Of a DNA stretch of 64,000 bases, positions 49,963 to 62,580 are shown piece by piece. Made by a program: the position numbers and the translations under genes. The stretch's first letter is position 1. The number at the start of each line of letters is the position of its first letter. A model generated the notes under the pieces. It was not told the origin of the DNA. It did not search any database and saw only the letters and a program-made list of their open reading frames with translations. This DNA comes from Amphiscolops sp. MND2022. Taxonomy: Eukaryota. The stretch covers positions 24,800,001 through 24,864,000 of the forward strand of contig OZ076413.1 in assembly GCA_964187785.1 (NCBI GenBank), read 5' to 3'.

Positions 49963-50418
49963 ATGGCTCCACAAAACTCTGAAATCAAAAATCTCGTTAA
50001 ATCTACCAACTCCAAAGTTCATAGTTTAAAAGACGCCATCTTCCGCACTATGGTCTACAAAAGGTTGCTTGAAATCGATAATACTACATTGACTCTTCCT
50101 CTAAGACGCTCGTTTTTGAAATTCCTTTACAACGTCTGTCGAATTGAAGAGAAACGTCTTTATTTTGAGCAATTTTATCGTATCCATGTCAAGGGCCCGA
50201 AAATTGCTGTTTGCGAAACAACCTTGGAAACAGTCCTACTCTTGAACTCTGCGTTTACAACTAAGGACAATTATTTTCAAGTTGCCCTAGACGACGCCAT
50301 TGATGCGTTTATTGCCACCCTCCTTGATTTTGGTTACATCCAACAATTGCAACGATACGATCCGGACACCCGCCAAGTACATCCTACACCACAACATCCT
50401 TTCTGGCAAAACAAATAA
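49963..50418 (+). CDS. Accessory ORF-C, 151-aa orphan protein, copy 1
   Basis: Intact ATG-to-stop ORF with globular-looking composition inside the element's 3' region. Confidence 0.6.
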   Translation: MAPQNSEIKNLVKSTNSKVHSLKDAIFRTMVYKRLLEIDNTTLTLPLRRSFLKFLYNVCRIEEKRLYFEQFYRIHVKGPKIAVCETTLETVLLLNSAFTTKDNYFQVALDDAIDAFIATLLDFGYIQQLQRYDPDTRQVHPTPQHPFWQNK

Positions 50419-51110
50419 AGACTATAAAATAAAGAACCAACCTCACTTATTTCACTGCCTGCTTCTTTCTTTTTTACAGTACAAGACAACTTCTTCTATA
50501 ACACATCTTTCTAGTTTTGAATTTCAACTGAAATTCTCTTCTCTTTCACCATCTCAACCATCTCAAACATTGCTATGACAGAACCTCTAAACTTCTTCAG
50601 ACTCTAGACCTAGATTCTCAAAGTACACCACAATCCTCCCAAGCATTTCAATCTGCCCTAGAATCAGAGAATACTCTTTTTAATACTTTCAATCTTCATT
50701 AAATCGTCTTCAGGTAATACAAATTTCTTTAAATTTTGTACGATATTGGACACTTTACTCTATTGGACATTTTGAACCCCAACTACAGGTAGCATTCCTA
50801 TTTTACATTTCAAAACTTTTTGACGTTCCATTTTAACATTTGTGGTACAAAATTTTTCACGTATTCTGCTTTCTAAATATATCTTCTCGCACTCTCTTTT
50901 TCAACTCTTTTCTAAGTTTTTTTCACTTATAGTACAAAATTAACAAAAATATTAAAAATTATAGCACCACACTATATAACATCAGACTCCTTGAGTTTTT
51001 CTTCAAATCTAAGACCCACTGTGTTTTAGAAACTTCTATTCTTCTTCCTCCTTCTGGCCTTTTTTCATCATTCAAAGGCTTCTATCAAGAGTAAAGCTCT
51101 CGTCATTTCA

Positions 51111-51566
51111 ATGGCTCCACAAAACTCTGAAATCAAAAATCTCGTTAAATCTACCAACTCCAAAGTTCATAGTTTAAAAGACGCCATCTTCCGCACTATG
51201 GTCTACAAAAGGTTGCTTGAAATCGATAATACTACATTGACTCTTCCTCTAAGACGCTCGTTTTTGAAATTCTTTTACAACGTCTGTCGAATTGAAGAGA
51301 AACGTCTTTATTTTGAGCAATTTTATCGTATCCATGTCAAGGGCCCGAAAATTGCTGTTTGCGAAACAACCTTGGAAACAGTCCTACTCTTGAACTCTGC
51401 GTTTACAACTAAGGACAATTATTTTCAAGTTGCCCTAGACGACGCCATTGATGCGTTTATTGCCACCCTCCTTGATTTTGGTTACATCCAACAATTGCAA
51501 CGATACGATCCGGACACCCGCCAAGTACATCCTACACCACAACATCCTTTCTGGCAAAACAAATAA
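51111..51566 (+). CDS. Accessory ORF-C, copy 2
   Basis: Identical to copy 1 except L55F. Confidence 0.6.
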   Translation: MAPQNSEIKNLVKSTNSKVHSLKDAIFRTMVYKRLLEIDNTTLTLPLRRSFLKFFYNVCRIEEKRLYFEQFYRIHVKGPKIAVCETTLETVLLLNSAFTTKDNYFQVALDDAIDAFIATLLDFGYIQQLQRYDPDTRQVHPTPQHPFWQNK

Positions 51567-51844
51567 AGACTATAAAATAAAGAACCAACCTCACTTATTT
51601 CACTGCCTGCTTCTTTCTTTTTTACAGTACAAGACAACTTCTTCTATAACACATCTTTCTAGTTTTGAATTTCAACTGAAATTCTCTTCTCTTTCACTTC
51701 TGATGCTGCTGAAATTTTTCTTTGATCTCATCTTGATTTCATCAATTTCAATATGTATCTTTTCACTAACTGATTCTCCAACTCTTCTCAACATCGCCAC
51801 TACTTCACTTGCGTCGCTGCTTCTCTTCTCCGCTGTGTCTGCAG

Positions 51845-51948
51845 ACATCGTCACTTCAACCATCACCCAACATCACTTCCCACTTCTTCGACATCGTCAC
51901 TTCAACCATCACCCATTATCACTTCCCACTTCTTCGACATCGTCACTT
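51845..51948. repeat. 46-bp tandem repeat (2.3 copies)
   Basis: ACATCGTCACTTCAACCATCACCCA.. starts at 51845, 51891, 51937. Confidence 0.9.
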
Positions 51949-52679
51949 CTTCAACATCGTCCATGACAATGACTGCAATTCCTTTCAAACTTCGAACTTT
52001 CATTAATTTCAAACGTTCAATAACTCGTTAATCTTTAGTTAAGTTCTTACTATAAATACCCCCGTATAATCTTGACAGTAATATAATCCATTGTATTCTT
52101 GTAACCATATTTATCGTATGATGCTATAATGTAGTTATTTCAGACCTTATTGTGATCATTCTATTTAATCTTTTTATGCATAGTAGACAACGTTCACTTA
52201 TATAACCTCTTATTTTACCCAATATATTATTGTCTTTCTTTCTTTTTACAGTACAAGATAACTTCTTCTATAACACATCTTTTTAGTTTTGAATTACAAC
52301 TGAAATTTGAAGTTTGAATCACTCTCCGAAAAACTAAGCTTCACTTTTTTGAGAATGAAATAAACCTTTGCACATTTTTGACTTCTTAACACTCTGTTCA
52401 CGACCCGCCAATGTTTGTTCACAACCCATTAACATTTTTACGAAATGTTCTTCAACTCGAAAAGTTTTCATTTGAATGCTCATTTGAGGCACCCACATTA
52501 TTTTTCATCAAAAGCCGATGGAGCATACCACAAGTTGTCAAACGCTTACCCAAGTTGTCAAACAATAACTTGAACTACAATGTCAATCAAAAATTTTTGA
52601 CAGAAAAACGTCGCACCAATGTGAACCGTCAACTTAATAAGACGTTCAAACCGTCTTAGGTTGTTCTCACTCCTTAAGG

Positions 52680-52785
52680 AGATAGCTATCTAGACGGTAT
52701 TCTTGTCAAGACTTAGAAAGAACTTCTTATGTGTTCAATAAAAGAAATTAGGATAAACATCCAACAAGTCTTTAACAGCTCAGTT
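52680..52785 (+). repeat. LTR 3'-end remnant (R/U5-like)
   Basis: 100/106 identical to 32154-32259; no similarity further upstream. Confidence 0.9.
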
Positions 52786-53218
52786 GAGTGTCGCTTCAAC
52801 AAAAGTTCTCGTCTGGTTTCAGAAGCAACAGCTTTGGCTGCTGTTTCCGACAAGTTATGAAATCTAACGTAATGTTTTCAACTGCCATCAAAACTTAGCC
52901 TGTAATGGGCACATGGTACAAGGAAACTTTGGCGTTGGGGTTATGTTTCAATTCCACGTGACGCACCATTGGAGATTTCGTGTTGCAGCTGTAGGAGCAG
53001 TGTATACACATGGAAAACTTCTCTCCCTGAGCATTGAATAGCTCGTTGAACTTTTTGGGTACCGATGCTATTGAAGAGTTACCCAAATTGGGTTCCCTTG
53101 GTTCGACAGGCCCTGGTGGTCTTTTGGGAGTCTGTGCCAGAGGTTTTGCAGAAGTTTCTAGTTTGGCAGAACTGGAAGACTGTTTTTGCGGGAATGGAAT
53201 ATGAGGAAACGAGGGCAA
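52786..53218 (-). pseudogene. Pseudogenised paralog of the two-finger C2H2 gene at 57.7-58.1 kb
   Basis: KFNELFNAQGEKFSMCIHCSYSCNTKSPMVRHVELKHNPNAK, then frameshift into KFPCTMCPLQAKF*WQLK...NLSETAAKAVASE. Confidence 0.8.
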
Positions 53219-55659
53219 GCAATCATCAGTAAGTTGAAGTGATTAGGACCCAACACGATCAGACGAGTTCTATTAGTCTAGGACTTGTCTTGACAAATCT
53301 GGCAGACGACTCAATAGAAATGTCTCACATAGATTCAGTTCCACTGACAGCACAGACATTCGATAAAAAGTATGGCTCGTTCAGGTGCAGTTCTATAGAA
53401 AGCAGTGACAACATCTTAAGGCACAAGAAGGTCAGGTTGATCTGAAATAGTTGATAACGAAGCAAGTGTGTTGAATGTGAAGAAGATTCGCAAGGCAGAA
53501 GTGGAGTTATCTTGTGCTTTATGACAACAGCGAAACATCATATCAACCAACAACTATCATCCTATCAAATCCAAAAAGCGACAACTCTACAAGCAAAACT
53601 CATATCAAAAATTACATCCTATATCAGAAAAAGTTGAACGATTTCAAACCACATTTTTTATTTTAAAAAACAGAGATTGATTCGATTTTTAGAAATTATA
53701 ACCTCAACAAGATTTTCTTGTGAATATCAATCCTTGTAGAATCAATCCATTATCACTCCTGTACCAAATATTGAGTAGAGCGCAAAAAATTGTATAAATC
53801 CGAATGAATTGTTTAGTTTCTAATCGCAGATAATTATAAAATGTTTTTGATATTGTCACAGCCCGCTCCAGGACTGGAATGCGGATGCAAGAGAGTCGGT
53901 TACGGCCGAGGACATGGCTGTACAAGCAAAGCTAGGAAAGAGGTGTTTTGTGTTTTAAACTTATACTAGCTGAGAATAAACTGTGAATAAAGAAAAAATA
54001 CATACCTAGTCTGAGCAATAATACTTAAGTGAGAATGAACACCGAAAACTAAACGAACTAGAATGGTTTCACTACTTTCCTCTAAGACGTTTAAGTAGCG
54101 TTAAATCCAAATTCATTCCCCCACCTGAAATCTTACTTGAAATAAGCAGTTGCAGAAATCACAGATAAATCTAAAACAGAAACTACATTTGAAGTCTAAA
54201 GAAAAAAAGAAAAAAGTTTTACGCCTATTATGAGCAAGGCAACTTAATTGCACTTTGAACGGCAATTAATGCGAGATGGAACAATATTATGTCGTTGAGT
54301 AAACAAGCAAAGCTACGCTGACCGATATTGTTAATTGTCTATGGCGTCATAGCCTCGTAGCAGCTAACCAACAAATTCTAATTTACGTCCTGGTGACGTA
54401 ACAGCTAAGCAGACTATTCAAAGCTAGCACTGAATTTACGTCCACCTTGTTGGCTATTTAGGTATGGCACCAAATTTACGTCCACGCTACGTCCACCATT
54501 TCTGAAATTAGGCGCTCCGTTCAACATTAAGCTTAAGAATATGTAATCTAACGAAAATTTCTCAATATTTTTTAGTCGTTTTGTGTTTGGATGTATTTCT
54601 TCTACTAAGAAGAGAAGAAATGAGTCACTGATGAAATATCTAGATCATTTTTGATAGAATTAGATCAGTTATGGACGGAATGGGGATGATCGCCGTGAAT
54701 GTGTCTAAATACGAACTTTGCTAAAATTTATCACATGAAAGTCACAGTTTACTCCATCAACGTTTTTTGACGAGTGCATTTTCACACTTCGGAATTAATT
54801 TTATACGTTAATACTGCCGTGCCTTGTTGTATACTTAAGTTGTGCAATGATCCAACCAATTCGCCGTTGGGACGACGTCATCAGAGTTTTTATCATTTTG
54901 ATAAATACGCTATGGTCAACAATTGTTTTGTACAAATATTTACCAATTCTTGTTTGTTGTTTGTTGCTAATACGGATGTAGATCACGTACATGTTTGTTA
55001 AAAGGGTTGAAGTTATTGTTTAATATGGTTCAATGATTTATGGTTATAGGTTTTGCGTCTAAATCAATGTCGTAGAGGCGTCCACTTAATTGATTTGTGA
55101 AATTGCTAAATAGAAGTTGTAACTAAATTACACTTCTATCCTTGTTGCTAAATGTTTCTTTCCATGCATCATTCCGAAACGCCATTTTGAAAGATTAGTC
55201 ATATTGATTTTCAAGTTGAAGTTCAAAATCAGGAATTCGTTGTTCACGTCAGCGTCAAAATTTCCCGCGAACCACAGCAGTAATACAGGGAAGCATTTTC
55301 CGGTTTGATTGACTGAAGCAAAATCTACTTCCTGCTTGGGAGGAAAGGAAAAGGACGCGGGAGATAAAAGTTGTGATCATGCTAGATGACTAATACTTGG
55401 TTAAAGATCTTTGTGTCTTGAAAATTGTCGACTTAAGTTAGGGACCAGGACTTTTTCACCGAAAATACAGGAAATGACTAATTGTTCATGGAAAATTTGG
55501 GGAATAATTTGCAATCAAATGATGCTAGGAGGGTATAAATACGGCATGTCTCGATTTCGGAAGCATTTTGTCTACTGCTCTGATAGAATACAGTTGTACT
55601 GAAAATTCTCGCTATATAACTTTGTCTTATCTCAGTTAAAACGATTAATCAAGACTAAA

Positions 55660-56090
55660 TTGAAAAGTACAAAGCAAAACATTTTCATCAAGATATCTAC
55701 AACAAGAAGTCAGAAAAGAAAAAACAATCTCCAGGAGAGCTCCGAAAACGTAAGTGAAGGTTTAGCCACGCCAGTCGTAATGGAAAACTCTGAATTCCTA
55801 GACCAGGACGTATCAACAACGAGGCCTTCTAAGGCTAAATCCCCCAGGATTTAAAAGTGTCTTGGGTTTGCGTGCTTCTCTAACGGAGGAAATATTTTCT
55901 GAGATTAGAGCTTTGCTGATAGAATCTCAGAGGGAGACGATGAGGATGCTAAAACCAAAAACAGGAGAAAGCGTAAGGGAAGAAGACGAAAATGATCTAG
56001 AAAACGAAACTAGGAGTTTTTATACTCCTACAAAATCAGTAAGGATAAATTCTACTCATATCAACGACCCTTGTACAAATCGTAACGGAT
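55660..56090 (+). mobile_element. Probable truncated gag/ORF1 N-terminal fragment of another retroelement
   Basis: STTRSQKRKNNLQESSENVSEG...RPSKAKSPRI*...LRASLTEEIFSEIRALLIESQRE...SFYTPTKSVRIN. Low-complexity plus coiled-coil sequence that stops abruptly. Assignment is by resemblance only. Confidence 0.4.
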
Positions 56091-57706
56091 ATTTTAGTAT
56101 TTGTGACCATCTGTTGAGTTGTCGCTTCTTCCTATTTGATACGGGGTATCGCTTGACATGAGTTGTCACCTTTTTGACATATGAGTTATCGCTATGCTTC
56201 CCGCGTAATGTTCCGGATCTGAAATCGATAACCCCAATAAAAATGTCACTGCAAAAAAGTAAAATACATGGTGATTTAGTGAGGAAGAAAGAAAAAGCCA
56301 CGAATTTGTTAACCAGACGACAGTTTTGCCCAAAATATATCCCTTAATGATATTCCTGTTAACCATATACTCAATTAAGTTTTGTTAAAGCTTGAACCTT
56401 CTTTTGCAGGGTGTTTTTATTGAATATCTGAATTTAGACCTTTTCACCCCCTCCTTCTTAAAAGTCTCAAGACGAGGTGACCCCGGTCTTATTTGGATAC
56501 CAAAAGTGATGACCTTTTTTCTATATTAGCGACTCTGTAATGATCATTTTTATTCATCATAACATTTTTGGTAAAATATAACAATGAATACACTTTATCT
56601 GTAATTTTCCAAAATTCACAGATTTCTCATTGTTTACAATTTAGAAGTGATTATTTGCCCACTTAATACATCAGATATGTTTCCCAGAAACCCGGTTCAG
56701 GACTACCGCGTAACAAAACAATACACGAACTTTTATTGCAACATTTATTTTCAATCATTTCTGGATGGAAGCAAAATATTGTGGCAGTTTATGAGATATT
56801 GTTAAAATAATTCATTAATTGATAGTTTGGAACACTTCATTTCTCTGCCCATATCTATGAAACTATTGATTCTCAAGAAAAGTGCCCTCGATAAATGTTT
56901 CTCGAAATTTAATCTAGTTTACATTCGTGTTAGTTTGAAACTTCTATGAAAAACATTGGGAAATGAGCTTTAATATTTGGTTGCAAACCAATTTTTCAAT
57001 TTTTTTTCAAATTACAAACAATTTTCATTAGTTTTTTTTATCGATCGGTTCATCGCTATCCACTGATTCCACTGTCAAACTTTGAGTCACGTATAATTTA
57101 CTCGTCCCAAGAAAATTGTTAAATTCCACTGAATTAATTTCGGTATATGTAGTAAGGTTGGGTATAAATTTAGGACTTATAGAATTGTGATTATCTTTTT
57201 TACATGTGCACTATAGGTAGCTCAAATTTTACAGTGTAATTGATGAATGATGGGCACCTTGAACATGAGAAAAAATAATGACCAGCTTCTGCTCCTAATT
57301 TAGAATTTACAACTAATTTCCAATTTTTTACATGCAAAAATATTTTTTTCTGCCAATTTGTTTCTTAGTAGTGTTGAGATTTCCAAAAACTAGATAAAAA
57401 TCCAAAAACCTTTTGTTTCTATCGTCTTTTGGAAAACTTTGATAGTTTTTGACAAATTCACAAACTCATTAGGCGTTATAAAATTAATTACAAAAAAGGG
57501 TTCAATTCTTTTATCACAGGATTATTAGTCTATTATAACAATCATCACGGCTTACTGTTCTTAATATTATGAAATTCAGAAGTAGCCGAATTTGAACTTA
57601 GAATTAATTGCTCTTAAATTAACTATAATATACAAATCAACTGTTTTATATTGAATCTACCAAACTGTTGCACTAAAATGAACTAGAGACCGAAGAAATA
57701 ACGGAT

Positions 57707-58146
57707 TCAAGCTTCAGACGCGGCTGCTTTAGCAACTGTCTCAGATAAATTGTGGACTTTCACATAGTGGGCTTTCAGCTGCCATGAGAACTTGGCCTGT
57801 AATGAACACATCGTACAGGGAAACTTCTTGGCATTAGGGTTATGTTTCAAATCTACGTGTCGAACCATTGAAGTTTTCACATTACAGCTGTAAGGGCAGT
57901 GCATACACATGAAAAACTTTTCACCGGCAGCATTGAACAGTTCGTTGAACATTACAGAAGGCGGAGGACTTGTTTCGTTCAAAATGTTCGCGGGTTGTGC
58001 TTTGACAGGTAGAGGCATTCTTTTTGGGGGAATCTCACGAGACGTGTTGGGTTTGCCAAGTCTAGCAGAACTGGCTGATCGTTTAAGGGACTTCAAGGGG
58101 CCAGCGTCGAAGTTAACACTGGGTTTCAAGCAGAGCTTTGACTTCG
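57707..58146 (-). CDS. C-terminal exon of a host C2H2 zinc-finger protein (two fingers)
   Basis: CMHCPYSCNVKTSMVRHVDLKH and CTMCSLQAKFSWQLKAHYVKVH. No ATG in this stretch; candidate acceptor ...TCTTGATTAG just upstream of 58146. Confidence 0.75.
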
Positions 58147-59879
58147 CTAATCAAGATAGCAGCCATTTTGGAATTGTCAAGCAATGTGATTAGTGTTTCA
58201 TATTAGCGCCAACTTTTAAAATGCCCAAATACGCGAAAAAGTCAGTTTCCAAGTGCATTTTTCAACATCCAACCTTCAAAGTATGAACATTTGGCAACTT
58301 TCGTTTTGCAAAAACTAAATTGTCACTTCATTTTGAAATATGAAAAAAAACTTCCAACAATTTTGCATTTAGCGGCTTAGTGATCAGGCGAAAAACCGTA
58401 CCCATGTCAAAACCCTGGTTCTGATCCATCTGCAACTTGGAAGGTAACTGATCCAACAAGCACAGACAAAGAATTATGGCAGCGAAGAAAAAATTCGACA
58501 GATTTTGTAAGCAACTTCCGAAATAGGATTCAGAAATGTTGATTCAACTGACAGCAAAGACTTCGCGAATTCGCTGCGACAAAAATCTGAAACCATTAAC
58601 GTAGACAAACTATCATTTAATTTCTAAGTTTCCTGGTAGTATGTTCCAGTATGAGACCACTTCGTTGAAGAAGCAACATGAATTTGTAAAATTCGTTCAC
58701 ATGTCTTGAAAGACTAGATTGGTTTGTTTCCCTTTCGAAGCTTTTTTTAATTTACTTAAGCAGGAAACGTATTGATCGAGGATATCTAAAACTGTAAACC
58801 CGTGGTCATATTCAATTTACAGAACTAGAAAAATCATTTAACCATACGGCTCGAGTAAGAGATCGTCGTAAAAAGGAGGAAAAAAACTGACTGAGCAAAA
58901 AATTTGGAAAAAACTTGAAAGCTTCTAAAATATTAAAACCGTTACAGAACCGTTACAAATCTTGATTCCAAAAGCTTCAAAATTTGAATTTCAAACCCAA
59001 CGAACTTTACGCATAGGGCATTTACAAGATTTTGAACAGCGTTTGTTTTTTTGAAAAAAAAACATTAAACGTTAATGGTGCGTCGGACTTAATTTATTTT
59101 TAAATTTTAAGGTGGTGCGAACAGCGAGGTAATTCCTGGTGCGACGGAATTCCAAACAGCCGAAAATTAAATTTTGATCTGAAACAGCAGAAAAATTGAG
59201 CAAATCTGGTTGGCTGAATTTAAAATCAAATTGAATTCAGTTGAAATCAGTTAAAAACACGTATCGTAGAATTTATCATTATTATTATTGCCTAGTCAGC
59301 TATGTTCACAACCCCAAAGCGTCATAAAGGCTGGAGCGAAATGACGACCTACTACTTCTCCAGCAACAGACGGAGTTACTCCAGCAATTTTGACGAAGAC
59401 CGAGTCGTATAACCAGAATATATTATATAGCCTGATATAGCAAAATAAAGTAACAACTTGAATTCTGCTTTTGAGAAACATTTTTCAACATGTGAATAAG
59501 TATTTTGTACCTGACAATAAAACTACGAGAGATGTACAGAAGTAGACATTAAAATTTGCAGAATATTCAAAATCGCCGAACTAATCAGATTTAATTTATG
59601 GAATTCAAATTTATTGAATACAGTCGTCACCCTATGTGCTGAGCATCGTTTTCAACCAATCAAAATTGTTTATTTGCTTCAACTTAAATTTTGATTGGTG
59701 CATTAAGTTAAATCCCAGGTGCAGAAGGAAGTCTACAGTTATTTTCCCAGTTTTGATCAGGTTTTTGAAAGTTTCTCCAAAATTTTCGATTCATCGGATT
59801 CTGCAGATTGAAGAGTGCTTGCAACGCGTTGCAGATGGAAACCTAAACATGTAAAGAAATGGGCGAAACAAATCAGACA

Positions 59880-61316
59880 CAAAGTCTTGAACAATGAGCT
59901 GAAAATAAAAGATCGTGTCACAAAAAAACATGAGATAATTGAAGAATTACGAAAGTTCTATGGAATCCTCCTTTAAACCGCTGATGTAGATAACTTGAAA
60001 CAATTTCAAGTCTTGAGGTACTTTCGGAAACTTTCAAAAAAGATAACATAGCTGCGCTCGAAAGACCAATAATTCTGTATGACAATGAAAGTGCCATCAA
60101 CAAGCTGAGAAGCAATACAAGCCCAGGCCTCGACAATACAAGTTGCATCGAACTAGTGTCGCGAAGATTTTATTACTAGTCTTTCAGGACGCTCTTGATG
60201 GCAAGAACCTTCCGAGATCCTTTTCAACCTGAATCATTTGTCTTATTCCCAAAAAGCCTGGTTTGAAAAATGCAAAAGATTTCAGACCTTTCAGTTTGAT
60301 GAATATTGACCAGAAAATATTGTCACACGTTTTAGCGAGTAGAACCAGGAAAATTGAGAACATAGTTGGAGATGACCAATCTGCATATATGAAATTTAGA
60401 AATATGCATTGAGCCATATGGGATATTCAGCAGAAACTGTTAATCGACGTTGACAGCTGGTGCTTAGTGGGGTTAGAAAAGAAAGTGTTAGGTGTACACC
60501 TAAGCTTCAACGAGGAATCTGAAATTGAGAATAAATCCGAAGTTCGAAAACTTTGAAAGATGGAGGAAAGTTTTTCAACAAATACATGAGTCTATACGCT
60601 AAAGCGCTCATTATGAGAACTTTTCTTCCCAAGCTACTGCAGAATCTGAGACACATGAAATTAGACATGCAAGTAATTCAAGACTTCAAAGTTTTTTTCC
60701 AAACAAGCTCTGTGGGGCAGCAAGAAAAGCCTGGTTGGAATGGAAATTTTGGAAAGTATAAAGGAGGAAGGAATTGGATGGCTTAATTTGATGTTTGAGA
60801 TCAAGGCTTGCAAAACCCTGGACTTGGTGTACATTTTAGGGTCAACCGATGTAGCTTCGGAAAATCTTCTACTGGATTTGCGGAATCGGAATGTCAAGTA
60901 TAAAAGAGTGGCAAAAAAATTTCCGACAGGTGAACATCAACATTATGGACATCACTGAGCAAAAATATTCAAGCCTCATTAGACCTGAATCCGACACAAA
61001 AGCAAAGACATATACCAATTGCTTCTGGAGAAAAACAGACGGGAGCATAGGTGGGAAAACATTAAATCTTTGCACTCAACGCTTCGGAATATCAAAAACT
61101 CTGATCGAATCAATTAACAAATGGCTGCGGAAGTCGAACGACCTGACAGTTGTCGAGAAAAACTGCTTCTACAAAACGATGCTCAATTGCTTCCGAGATA
61201 AGGAAATTCTAGGGAAGCAAAATGTCAGAGATCATCCGCTCTGCTTCATTTGCGAAAGTTTTGAGAACTGGAAGCATCTCTTCGGTGAATGCGAATTATT
61301 GGCCAAATACCCTTAG
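59880..61316 (+). mobile_element. Degenerate L1/Tx1-like non-LTR retrotransposon ORF2 fragment, RT core deleted
   Basis: TSPGLD; CLIPKKPGLKNAKDFRPFSLMNIDQKILSHVLASR...DQSAY (RT N-terminus); C-terminal CFICESFENWKHLFGEC zinc knuckle. Confidence 0.8.
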
Positions 61317-62580
61317 AAAAATTGGAATCAAACAAATCAAAGATATCTTCAATAATGTGACTGTGTTAAAAGTCAAAATACGATAGGATCACTGAATGAA
61401 GAAAAATGTGAAACTGTTTCGAACCTTGCAAAACTCACTGATGAACTCAACTTGTAAATTATACTGTTATAACTACTAAACTTTTGATTTAAAAATACTT
61501 CTTAATAATTTTTTTCTTTAAACCGAAGGCACCGAAGTTCAATTCGATCAGCAACACATTTTCTGTTCAATGACAATTTGCTTTAGATTGGTCTGCTTAG
61601 ACATCAACTTTTTGCACGCATACTTAAACGAAATCTGTTCATTGAAGTGGGTAATTTCAACGAAAATCTGTCCACTAGGGCTCAGTTATATTTCTGCAAA
61701 TGCAGAAATTTGCAAGCAAAATTCGAAAAAGAATTTCCGAACGCTCGTCCGAAGTTTTATATGAACTTTCATATGTGAATCATTCAATATAAGTCATATT
61801 GCACTAGACAACGTAATTGAGAAATTTTCAACTCGAATAAAGGACAAAGACGGTTTTGGAATCAAAGTAAAACTGAAAAACTCCTCCAACGTAATTCTAT
61901 TTTGATATATTCTGAAGCTATTGTACGATGGTGCTTCGATTGGTTCCAATATCATTCAAGATCGGCCCGCTTGATCCTGTTCAGTATGTTGAGCGACTTG
62001 AAGTCTTCAAAACAAATTTATAACTTTCAAATTTCTGAAAATCTAGTAAGCAAATATAGCATCAGTTGAAAAAAACAGTATCCAAACACATAAACAATAA
62101 AAAAATTGTACAAACAATATTCATACAATAATGAATTTGATCATATGGATTGATTGACTACACAGTTTCAAACAATCGAGAAGACAAAGCAAAATTGAGT
62201 CAATAGTACAAGTCACCCGGAAAACATACGGTACCAGCTCAAAATCTCACAAAATCTTCCCAAATTACGTTGACGTGATTTGCTACGATCATATACCGAT
62301 AGTGCCCTAAATGCAGGTGGGAAGCGAAGCGACGTGCCACTACTGGTCCAGCAGCTGATTTTGATGAAGGCCGACAAGAAATTTTATTTATGAAATTTTT
62401 GTCTAGCAGATTTTAACTTGGGGGATTTTAACGTAGAACTTGACATGTAACGAAGCGGTGCTTCGCAACACATGACGAAGACATCGATTATTTTAAAGAT
62501 AGCTCTACGTTGTATATATATAAATCGTATATATTCAATCGCATGCGTATATATTCAACAGTTCAACTTTGTTCAATAAC

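Larger units (their letters stand above)
49404..51697. repeat. 1148-bp tandem duplication (49404-50549 / 50552-51697)
   Basis: ORFs 49963 and 51111 are offset by 1148 bp; copies are near-identical. Confidence 0.98.
31798..52785 (+). mobile_element. Element 2: giant degenerate env-bearing Ty3/Gypsy LTR retroelement (~21 kb, ~16.5 kb without internal duplications)
   Basis: LTR, PBS, leader, ORF0, gag, pol, ORFx, env (x2), ORF-A/B, ORF-C (x2), LTR-end remnant. No TSD is visible, so the right boundary is tentative. Confidence 0.93.

Noticed and set aside
51672-51866. Antisense E/K/R-rich 64-aa ORF as an HBZ-like gene
   Set aside because: The charged composition follows automatically from the C/T-rich sense strand, its start overlaps a 46-bp repeat, and no second family copy is available for support.
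54360-54500. Three AATTTACGTCC motifs
   Set aside because: Too short, with no termini or ORF to define an element.
62325-62480. Hairpin CGAAGC-GGT-GCTTCG and a GCGAAGCG motif as Helitron 3' ends
   Set aside because: No CTRR terminus at the expected distance and no Rep/helicase evidence.
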